Shown here piece by piece: positions 16,928 through 29,616 of a stretch of DNA of 64,000 bases. The DNA is from the human T2T-CHM13v2.0 reference genome, Homo sapiens: NCBI RefSeq assembly GCF_009914755.1, contig NC_060928.1; one strand, given 5' to 3'. The position numbers were made by a program, and so were the translations under genes. The notes under the pieces are model-generated. The model was not told the DNA's origin and did no database searches. It saw only the letters and a program-made list of their open reading frames with translations. Every line of letters starts with the position of its first letter. Positions within the stretch are counted from its first letter, which is position 1.

Positions 16928-17100
16928 GCTGCACATGGTGGCACACATCTGTAGTCTCAACTACTAAGGAGGCTGAGGAAGGAAGATCTCTGAGCCCAGG
17001 AGTTTCAGATTGTCGTGTGCTATGATCACACCTGTGAATAGCCACTGCACTCCAGCTCAGGCAATATAGTAAGAACCCATCTCTAAAAATAAAAAGAAGA
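16928..17100 (+). mobile_element. FAM (fossil Alu monomer)
   Basis: Retains the 7SL-derived segment gctatgatcacacctgtgaatagccactgcactccagc that dimeric Alus lack; TSD agaaaggaggagaca / agaaaggagaagata. Confidence 0.85.
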
Positions 17101-17705
17101 AGGGGAAGAAAGGAGAAGATAGCTAAAAGAAATTTAGAGGCAGACAATCGTTCATAAGTAAAAAGGCAGTGAAGTACATAGGACAAATAAGTTACTATAC
17201 TTGAGAGTAAAATATTAAATTGGCTAGATCCTAACTTGTGAGAAATAATAGAGCTACCCGTTCCATACTGACACCCAGCAGTGAACCACACAGCCTTTAG
17301 GTTAACAACGGGACTTTCTCCAGTCAAGTACAAGTCCCAGTTCTCTTATCAAAGAGAACTCAACTTGGATTTATATGAAGATCAAAGAAGCCAGCTCTGT
17401 AAGTCATACCTAAAAACATTCCATGCATAAAATAATGAAGACTACTAGGCTATAGAGATGGTTATTTGCAAAGTGATAGAATCCCATTTCTCATTAATTG
17501 TGAAATAATTTAGGACAAAACCAAGAACAGATGAAAACAGGTTATATATAGAGAGAAAAAAAATTCAAAAAATATAGCAAAGGCAGTGATACCAAGACAA
17601 ATGTGAATTACATACCCAATATTTTTCTATTTGCAAAATGTGTGATTAGATGAGTTGGAAGAAACTGCCTACAATTTACTGAAATACTTTGTGTGTATGT
17701 ACGTA

Positions 17706-17770
17706 TGAGTGGGAGAGAGAGAGGGAGGGAGAGGGAGACAGGGAAACAGAGAGAGAGAGAGACAGAGAGA
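17706..17770. repeat. GA-rich simple repeat
   Basis: gagagagagggagggagagggagacag...gagagagaga. Confidence 0.85.
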
Positions 17771-18160
17771 ATTATATTTCAGACCAAGAATCTGATTCAG
17801 TCACTAAAACTACAGACTGCTTTTAATCTACAGCCCAAGGATAGTCCAAAAGGCAGTGCAATTATCAAGTTGTCTAAAACATTGTTTATGGACAGCTATC
17901 TCTTTCTGTGTAAAGACTGACCTCATTTTGCACATATCTAACATTTGCAATCTCAATTGCATGAAACAAGGTAGATAAACTAGGTTGCATTTATTTCTTT
18001 TCCTAAAGAATTAGCACCAGTATTTTGTTAGTCAGTTTTAAATTATGATGCCATTTACAAAATTCAATTTATATCTATCTTTTCGGAATACATATACTGT
18101 GTAGACTATGTTTCCAAATTTGATTTTTCTCCTTGCCTTACCCAAAATGTTGAAGAAGAA

Positions 18161-18459
18161 TTTTTTTTTTTTAATTGAGATGGAGTTTCACTCTTGTTGC
18201 CCAGGCTGGAGTGCAATGGCACAATCTCGGCTCACCGAAACCTCTACCTCCTGGGTTCAAGCGATCTCCTGCCTCAGCCTCATGAGTGGCTGGGATTACA
18301 GGCATGTGCCACCACGGTCGGCTAATTTTTTGTATTTTTAGTAGAAACGGGGTTTCTCCATGGTGGTCAGGCTAATCTCAAACTCCCAACCTCAGGTGAT
18401 GCGCCCGCCTCGGCCTCCTAAAGTGCTGAGATTACAGGTGTGAGCTACCACGCCTGGCC
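18161..18459 (-). mobile_element. AluSp
   Basis: ctcttgttgccc, ctcaccg, tttctccatg and ggtcagg diagnostics. Confidence 0.92.
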
Positions 18460-19864
18460 GAAGAGGAAAATTTATAATAAAATAAACTTATGGCAGAAAT
18501 ATTTTAAAAATATCAAGGGGCTGTTTGGGGGTTATTCTATATTTATACTAATCACCCAAATACTCATGTCTATAGAGCTTTTAACAATTGGAATTTCTTA
18601 CAATGAATTATAATATCTTTGATTAGCATACAAAGATAAATTTATATTTGCTAAATTATTCTCATTAAGGCAAATGTTGAAATAATTATCAGGGTTTCGA
18701 ACAATGAATTACAAGCTCCTTAGCAGAGCAAAATATATGTGAATTTACTGGACAAGTCTTATGAAGACAAGTACTGAAACTAACAAGCTATTAAAGCTAA
18801 AGTTAAGTTGGTCAGAAAATTCATGTAACCAAATCATTTGAAACCTGAGTTTTGTGGTTAAAAAGCAGGCTTTCTGTTAATTTAATTTAACTTAATTTCT
18901 GTTGAGTCTTCTGTTTTATAAAATATGAAATAGCAGCCCCTTAGTAAAAATAAAGTATAGAAATCATAAGAAAGATCTACTATAAAAAAGGCTATTAAGT
19001 AGATTATTGATAAATCAGAACTATTACTTGATTAGTTTGTTCTCTTCTTTGTGAATTACAGCAGGAAATAGTATTTTAAAAGCATATTAGTATACTTCTA
19101 TCCATTCTTCAAAATCTGGGTTAAAAATGTTTCTTGTGATATCACTGCTGAAGAAAATATCACTTTGAAATATTACTTTTTTAAAGTTCAGTTTCTGAGT
19201 CCTACTTTTAATACTTGAAGACACAATGACAATTTTAAATTTTTTATTTATATATTTTCTAGTATATTAGGATGAGTAAGAATTAATTAAAATATTAGAG
19301 GCTGTAGGGTCTAAAATAGTTATTAAGGACAATATGGAAAGACCATCTTTCAGAAGGCTGAAATTGAAAAGGAAGCAATTCCAGCTGTGCAGTTGGAGAG
19401 TAAATGGCCTGTGAAGTAACTGAACCAAGTTCCTCAACATCTTAAGGTGAGGGCATTTTCAAATTGTGAAAAATCCTTATTATGAAATTAGAGTTTTATT
19501 ACATGAATCTTTTGATCAGTTGTCATCTTGGGAAGACTAACTTCAATAATTGGTCTGGAGAGAGGATGGGGCAAAAACTTACATGGGGAATTCTATAGCC
19601 TCTGTGTGAGGAAGAGGTTAGAGATAAAAATGGTGTTTTTACTTAAAAAAAAAAAAAAAGAAAAAGAAAGGAGCAACATGCATGTTCAGTCCTGATTGCT
19701 TTCTGGATCTTGCTAAAGCTGCTAGAACATTTCCTGTGTTATCGATTTTGTATATTACCTCAGTTCACCTCTGCTGACAGCAGTTGGTTTAGCTGCACTG
19801 GGATTCATCCAATATTCCCAACCGTGATGTTAATTCTATGGCAAAGTAAATAAAAGCTCTGTTC

Positions 19865-19872
19865 TGACGTCA
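19865..19872. promoter_or_regulatory. Perfect CRE palindrome TGACGTCA (motif only)
   Basis: Exact CREB/ATF consensus with intact CpG, just upstream of a MIR; no functional evidence. Confidence 0.3.
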
Positions 19873-19879
19873 TAATCGC

Positions 19880-20075
19880 TGAGTTGGAACCTGGCTTTGC
19901 CACAGGCATGCCTTCACAGAAGTCACTTAACTAAGTCTAGGTTCCTCATCTGTGAACTGAGAAAACTAAAAGCACTGATTCCATGGGGTGCTGTGAGTAT
20001 TAAGTCCATGGAAGGTTCTCAGGGGGTGCCTTCCCGGAGCAAAATATGCATGTAACAAATATCAGCCATCATTAT
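19880..20075 (+). mobile_element. MIR
   Basis: cctggctttgccac...aagtcacttaac...ttcctcatctgtgaa...gtgagtattaa...atatcagccatcattatt. Confidence 0.75.
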
Positions 20076-21716
20076 TTCTACTAAAGCACTGAAAGAAACA
20101 CAACTAAAAGACCTAAAACACAGCTTTATATTTTATAGTGATTTTGGGGGGGCATGCCATAGGAAATGATTTGATATCTGTAGATTTTAAAGTCAAAATG
20201 TTTCATGGCTAATTGAGAAAAATCTTGGGCTCTTTAAGATTAGTGTGAGGTTTAGAGATAATAAATGTAAAGCATGTGACATAGTGCCTGACAGATACTC
20301 AGTAAGTTGTAGGAGGTTCTATTATTACCAATATCATCATGATTCATACATTTCTTTTCTCTCCACTTTGGCTTGACATGTGGATACATGAGGCCAGTAG
20401 GAAGAAGTCACCCATGACTATCTGGAACAACATTGTGGGGAAGGCCAAGTTTCTGGTCAGTACAGAGCCTTCAAAATTCCTTTCCCCTCAAAAAGAGGGG
20501 TCCCTCTGATACCTGCTTGTCTAGCTCTCCCCCCTGCCACCGCCAGATATGTTTTTTTGGAATGCATTCGTTAAATAATGAAATAATTGAGTTCCATGTA
20601 TTCTCTTCAGGCTATGTCTTTGCATTTGGACTGATAATTCATTAAGCCAGGATAACGATGGAATGGCCTATGTGGGTAGCTGTAAGGACCCTGTGATGAT
20701 CTTTCCGAGTTTCAGATTGCACGATAACCTTGAAACTTACAAACCTGGCTTTGGTTGTAAAGGATTCATGTTCAAGGGAACTACTGAATGGAAGTTATCA
20801 AAAGTATTAAAATCAACAGAGCATGCAGAGAACTACAGGATAATTACTGTGGCATTCTGTTAAGATCATACTTGACTTAGAAAACTAGTGGCCTGTAGAT
20901 TCGGTCTTATTTGCCCTCCAAGAATACTTATACAGCAAAAATACCCATTCCTCTGGAAATTTACTCTCTTGGCAATTGCATAATTATTATTATTTTTTAA
21001 TCTAGAAACCACCGTACATTCATTTAAAACTACTTTGAGATAGGAATTTTACTTACCTGAGAACTGTGGTCTCTTATCATGACTTCAGTTTTCTAAATTT
21101 AACTTATGGATGTATAATCTTATTAATTAACTGTGAACATGGTTTCTGAGAGAAAAAGACCTGCCTAATGTCTACCACCCTTACAGTATAAGAGCAGCAG
21201 GATCTTCGTCTGTGTGCGGGAAGGAACGTCACAGGATTGGGACTATGTATTTGTGCACTTTAGAAATGGGGACAGAGGCTGGGAGGAAGATCTAAGTTCA
21301 TTGAAGGTGTGTCCCACCTTACTCCAGGGGTAGTGGATGGACTTGAAAGCTGGACAGAAGAATCATCTTACTGGGTGGCAGTGGCCTCTTCAGGCTTTGG
21401 ACTGTGGAGAGACACCTGCCCCTCTGTAAGAACGGTAAAAAGCCTCCCTGCCTGTGGTACTTGGCCTGTATGTAATATCTCAAAGGCGGTTAGGAACAGG
21501 AAGAAAGTTCCTCTGACTTGGTGTTTCCCTGAAATGCTGATTAGATAAATAACAGTGCATGCCGCACAATGACAAAAGCAACTTATAAACATCAAGGGTT
21601 ATGTGAGGCAACCGTACATCTGATTTTGGTATTGTGGTATTTGATATTTCAAGAGACTAAAATAAAAGAGAAAGTATAAAAATAAGCAGTTTCCCAGGGA
21701 GTTATGGCAAAGCTCA

Positions 21717-22099
<383 letters not shown>

Positions 22100-22595
22100 C
22101 TACCAGACCATCTGAAGTAGTCTGTCTTACTCCAGTGGAGCAGCCTTCCCCAAGCTGGGGGCCAAAAAACCCCAGGGAAACACAGGGTTCATCAAATAAT
22201 GGCTAAAGTGAGCTCATTTTTATATCTATACAAATATAAACATATACAATACATGTAAATGTACAGATTTGTGTATGTAACAATCATTTAAGGGTGTATG
22301 GAAAACTACTTAAATATACTATTTATGGTAGTGTTTTATCTTCTCAAGAGATACTAAAAGCTGTATTATTTTTATACAGAGGTCTACTAAAATGTTTTGG
22401 CTCTGAAAAATGACTCTCACTTGCAAATGCTGGAATTTAGAGCAAAACAGTATTCCCTTCCTAAAACAAACATAACAGTCATAACGGTATTCCATTTCTG
22501 AAGCATAATGATACACCTATCAAAATGGTTAACATTTGAGTTTGAATTAGGTTGTCATTGTTTCTTCTCTCTCTTTAATACATTTTAAAATATGT

Positions 22596-22718
22596 TTTTC
22601 TACAGGTGCGGTCTTACTAAGTTGCCCAGGCTGGTCTTGTACTCTTGGCCTCAAGCAATCCTCCCACCTCAGCCTCCCAAAGCACTGGGATTACACACAT
22701 GAGCTACTAGGCCCGGCC
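22596..22718 (-). mobile_element. FLAM_C-like left monomer
   Basis: gttgcccaggctggtcttg...ggcctcaagcaatcctcccacc...gcccggcc. Confidence 0.85.
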
Positions 22719-22836
22719 TCTTCTGTCTTTTTGTAGGTGTGTTTATGAACTAAGTAGTGACCCAATATGAATTTCCAAGTCAAAGGGAACAACTGCAAGA
22801 CAAATAAGGTAGTCAGGGCCCTTCAAACAAAAATAA

Positions 22837-23303
<467 letters not shown>

Positions 23304-23743
23304 TAATGATTTGCTTTATGCATCTCCAGATTTAATATGCCACTCTATCCAAAACTGGGAAAATTTTATTTATTTCTCAAAGTTTTTTAAATAAACCCTC
23401 TCTACAGACATTAGGAAGTTAATTAGAGATACTTAAGATATTTGGGTCAAAACCAAAACATTTAAAATCATTTTTAGCAGGACCAACTTTTGGTATGAAA
23501 TAAACACATACTGAAATCATCTGTAAATTTACTATTCATAAACATAGCTTAAGAAAATACCTAACGCAGCACTCTACAATGCAGTGCCCGTGAATGAATA
23601 AATGAATGACACCTGCCCACTGTTTATATGATTCCATACGTATCTCGGACTATATGCATGACTCTAATACATGTGAATATGGTATTCTATCTATACGAAA
23701 AGACAAAGATCTTTCTTCTAATAAATGAATCTTTTGCTCATTA

Positions 23744-24147
<404 letters not shown>

Positions 24148-25231
24148 TCATATGCTCACTTGTCTTGTTGGTTGAAGTCGAACCATGGAATAGAGGATGT
24201 TCGGCCAAATTTCCTTGCTACCCTGCTAGTCTGTCTGTCCACCTTAAATGTTTTCGCTGGGTTACCTTTTGGTATTATAATGTTAGCTTTTATAGTAAGA
24301 AACTCGTTTAGAGCACTTTAATGTAAAATTCCATATAAGAAATTTATTTTAGAGCTATGAGGTAGAAAAAGCTCGGTTCTCCTGAGGAGGTGTTATTTAC
24401 CGTCTTTATACCATAATTGTCATGTTTCCATTTTAACTTTGGCCATGAAGAAACACATTTTGTGGCCTGGATGTTTATGTTTAGCTGTTTTTCTGGAGAG
24501 CTTTGCTTCTTGCCTCTTTTTATTTTGTTTCTTGATGATGGATATTTTCTTTAAAATCACATATTATCCTTATGTATAATGTGATTTTAGTTTCCGAGGT
24601 TTTATTGGTAAGTTAAGCTACCTCAGTTCTTTAGTGGAAAATACAAGGATATAGATGTTATTATAGGTATAGATACGGAACTCTTAGCTAAGCACATGCA
24701 CTCTCTCTCCCTCCTTCCCTCTCTCCTTCCTGTGCGTGTATTTAAATTGCACAATTCAGTTTAAGTCATTTCCAATCTTCTCCTTGTACAAATGTGCCTT
24801 TGGTTTTTAAAGATTCATTAGACCTATGCTTTGTCTTGGTAAACATAACCATATACACAATTGTCTGCCTTTAAGAGAATTGAAACAATCCCAGAATTGT
24901 GTTCCCAACATAGCTTAGTATAAGGTGTAATTAAACATTTAAGGACATTTGAGAGGCAACTGTGGAAAACCGACCTGGAGAGGTCATCGGGCAGAGCCAT
25001 GCTGAGCTCCTCACCACTACCATGCACATTCTCCCAAAACAAGCGCATTCTCAGGATATTGCTTTTGCTTTCTTCTTCTTGATGAGCTGCTTCACACACA
25101 TTCTATTCTCAAGAACCAACTTCCTACCTGACCTGGCTCCCATCTAACTTAATAAAAAGAAAACCTGTTTTTTATTTCATCTATAGATAAATTATGGTCT
25201 GAAATGAACTACTAGTGAACCCATGCAAAGG

Positions 25232-25232
<1 letters not shown>

Positions 25233-25281
<49 letters not shown>

Positions 25282-25329
25282 ATACACACAAATATATATA
25301 TATACACATATATATACATGTATATATAT
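25233..25329. repeat. (TA)n microsatellite with degenerate extension
   Basis: Over 20 perfect TA units, then TA/CA-rich sequence. Confidence 0.95.
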
Positions 25330-25909
25330 GTTAGTAAATGGCCACTCGAGGTATAGAAAGTCACCCAAAGACATCACAAAAACTATTTAAATATTTGAAA
25401 TATAATTGAAACAGGCCTATTCTCAATGAAAAAAAAAAGTGCCACGTTCCCTCTGACTTCTGATTGCTAAATCAAAACGCTTAGAAAGGGTTTGTTGGAA
25501 AATGAATCTGTCTGTCGAGTAAACTCAGAGAAGCGCTCAAAGGGATCGCCGAGTAATGATTCTGAAGCTGTACTGTGTTTCCTCAGGAGACAATCTTCTA
25601 GACCTCTGAAATGAATGAGTCCTTAACCAAATGAATTTTTGTAAATATTTCTATAAACTAGTAAAAACTTTTAGAGCAAAGGAGTTCATCTCAGGAGAGT
25701 AAGATATAGGAGACCCACAATGATGGAGGCTCTGTTCTATCAAGACACAAAACAGATAGGTTGAGCCATAAAACATGAAACCATAAGGCTCTAAAATATA
25801 ACCCTTGCATAACATATAAAAATATATGAATATATGCATTATACATGTACTTTATATACATGTATTTTTATATAATACATATATAAAAATAAATTTTGTA
25901 TATTTATAT

Positions 25910-26531
25910 AAATTCAACAATCCCACTACTGGGTTTCTACCCAAAGGAAAAGAAAAAATAAATTTGGTATATTTATATGAATCCAACAATCCCACCACTG
26001 GGTTTCTACCCATAGGAAAAGAAGTCGTTATATCAAAAAGACATCTGCACTCATGTGTTTACTGTAGCAGTACTCACAATGGCAAAGATATGGAATCAAC
26101 CTAAGTGTCCATCAACAGATGACTGAATAAAGAAAATGTGGTATATATACAATGGAATCCTATTCAGCCATAAAAAATGAAATTATGTTTTTTGCAGCAT
26201 AATGAATGGAACTGGAGGTCATTACCTTAAGTGAAACAACTCAGAACGTCAAATACTTTATGTTCTCACTTGTAAGTGGGAGCTAAATAATGTGTAAGCA
26301 TAGACGTAGAATGACAAGCATTGGAGACTCAGAAGGGCTAGGGGTATGTGGGGAGGGGGTGGATGATGAAAGATGACTTAATGGGGACAATGTACATTAT
26401 CTGGGTGATGGATCTACCAAAAGCCCAGACTTCACCGCTACACAATATATCCACATGACAAAATTACACTCGTACTTCTTAAATTTATATAAATTAAGAT
26501 AAATAAATAAAAGGGTAAAAAAAAGAAAAAA
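25910..26531 (+). mobile_element. L1PB-type 3' end, 5'-truncated
   Basis: caatcccactactggg...tatcaaaaagacatctgcactc...ggaatcaacctaagtgtccatcaacagatga...aaagcccagacttcacc; A-rich tail. Confidence 0.9.
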
Positions 26532-26635
26532 TAAAGTCATTGCATTAAAAATCTTTCAAGCATTGCTTTGTCATCGCATAAATGTAGCCAAAGATTCTGA
26601 AGAATTATGAGGGCTTCTGTGAAGACATTGTTTCA

Positions 26636-26974
<339 letters not shown>

Positions 26975-27483
26975 TCAATGTCATGCCTGGCTGTGTGTCT
27001 GACACTGTTCAAGATCTAATGAAAGGAAATGTTAAGACACACCTAGTATGTGATTCAGCCCAAATTCCAGCCAGGCCAAGGTGGCTCTGCAACTGTGCTC
27101 TTTGCCACAAATGACCCTGTGTCCTGCAGAATAAAGGGCACTACAAGTAATAGCACTGGAGTACAATGTGTGCCCTATGCATATATTTATAAAATGCTAT
27201 GGTTCCCACTGACGAGAAGGGCCTGGCCACACCCTACTCCATTTTCAATGCGTTTCCTGTGTTTCTATCTCTTACTGAAAAGAAATGCTGATTTTGTAAC
27301 AAAGAAGCCTTGCTATCCTTCAAAACCCCTTTATGAAGTTGACTTCATTTTATCCTCTCCATTTCCATCAATACTCCCAACTCTGGAGACTTTCTCCCCA
27401 TTCCTCTCCTGTCCTCCCTTCTCTCTTGCCTCATATTCAGAACACAGATAGAGCTTGAAGATCATGGCTTCTGGTATGAAACT

Positions 27484-27690
27484 TTTATTATTCATTTATG
27501 TGTTTGTTTGTTTTTTGAGTCTGGGTCTCACTCTCTTTCCCAGGCTGGCGTTCAGTGGCTCAATCATGGCTCACTGCAGGCTCAGCCTCCTTAGCTCAAC
27601 CTCCTCCCACCTCAGCCTCCTTAGCTCAACCGCCTCCCACCTCAGCCTCCTGAGTCGCCGAGATGGCAGGCATGAGCCAGCACATCTGAC
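27484..27690 (-). mobile_element. AluJ right-arm fragment with internal 30-bp tandem duplication
   Basis: gggtctcactct...atcatggctcactgcag; unit ctcagcctccttagctcaaccncctcccac x2.3. Confidence 0.8.
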
Positions 27691-28181
27691 TGCAACTTTT
27701 ATTCTATAACCTAAATCCTGTGGGTATACAAAGATGCAGATATAAACAGGTATCACAGACTGTATTATATATGAGAAATAAAATATTTATAATTTCTCTA
27801 CATCAGTAAATCAGAATTTAACATTATCCAAATTCCCTTCCAGACTTTTCTCAGGTGCGTGGTTTCAGAGTAGGACTCGTTTCTTATATACAATGCAGTG
27901 TTTGATTTTTAAAAAAAAAAAAACTTCCCTTGGAAAATACTAAAACTATTATGCATTGAGTCATTTAATATTCAGAATAACCTCACAAAGCAGGTGTTAA
28001 CAACTTCCATTTTACCCTTTATAAAATAAAGACTCTAGAGAGATTAGATAAGTAGCTTGTCCAAGTTTACAAACAAGTTTATGCCCTTTCTACTGAGCTA
28101 CATTTCCTTTATTGTCTTATAACATAAACTTATCTCATATGTCTGATAAAAACTGTCCAAGAGGCTTCAAAATTATGATGA

Positions 28182-28475
28182 TTTTCTTTTCTTTTCGAGA
28201 CAGAGTCTCGCTCTGTCACCCAGGCTGGAGTGCAGTGGCATGATCATGGCTCACTGCAGCCTTGACCTCCTGGGTTCAAGTGATCTTCTTGCCTCAGCCT
28301 CCTGAGTAGCTGGAGCTACAGGTGTGCACCACCATGCCTGGCTAATTTTTTTTATTTTTTGTATAGGTGGAGTCTCACTATATTGCTCAGGCTGGTCTTG
28401 AACTCCTGGGCTCAGTCCTCCCACCCCAGCCTCTCAAAGTCCTGGGATTATAAGCATGAGCCACCACGCCCAGCC
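28182..28475 (-). mobile_element. AluJ
   Basis: gatcatggctcactgcagccttgacc, ctcctgggctca; TSD tgattttct. Confidence 0.92.
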
Positions 28476-28524
28476 TGATTTTCTCCTTGAGTGCGCAAGT
28501 TTCCCTCTTGGTGGATACACTTAA

Positions 28525-29177
28525 CCGCACTTTAATGGTTCTAAGATACACATTTTAACATCTAAGTCGGGATGTATCTCAAGATCAAGGACAACTGACA
28601 TTTGCTGTCACGTCGGCCAGGTGGCAGCGGTGACAGACTGGTCACTGCCTGCAGGGGCTTAATATGGTTATAGTTTCAGTGGCACAACTGGGCAACTGTA
28701 ACTCATTTATGTCAGGTCCACAGATGACAAGGATCTCTTGCAGAAAAAATAGAAGACCTGGCTGGGTTCTGAAAACCTCTTATTGACACATTATTAGATC
28801 AAGAAGCAATTAGCATCAACATTCACAGAACAGTTTGTGAGCAACTTGCAGGAAGATCCCAGAGATGGCTGCAGGGCACAGATAAGAAATGCCACATCAC
28901 TAGTGCTCTCCATGGCACAGAGAAATACTTATGGAAAAACATGGACTTTGATGATTCACAATTGAAAACTGACTCAGAAGAGCTGGACTTTGTAGGAGAA
29001 AAACATTGAAAATAATCTAACCAATTATTTCACTTATTTTTCATTTTCATGTATGCACAAAATGCATGTTTAAATAACCCTAAAAAACTCTTTCAGTAAG
29101 TGTAGTTTTTAATTAGCAGTGCTTCTTTCTTTTCTCAGTGGTGTGTAGCTAGCCTCGTACAGGTGACAAAATATAGG
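28525..29177 (+). mobile_element. Tc2/pogo-family non-autonomous DNA transposon relic (Kanga/MER104-like)
   Basis: Degenerate TIRs ccgcactttaatggttctaaga ... gtgacaaaatatagg followed by ta; aagaaatgccacatcactagtgctctccatggcacagag resembles the pogo/Tc2 transposase C-terminal motif KKCxI(S/T)NALDGTE. Confidence 0.6.
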
Positions 29178-29253
29178 TAATTTATTTGAAGCATCTCTTA
29201 TTGTTTGGCACTCATTATTTTCAAATGTTTGCTATTAAAGATAGATAATGCTA

Positions 29254-29616
<363 letters not shown>

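Noticed and set aside
17310-17320. NF-kB-like GGGACTTTCT (also ~48625)
   Set aside because: Imperfect, isolated motifs expected by chance.
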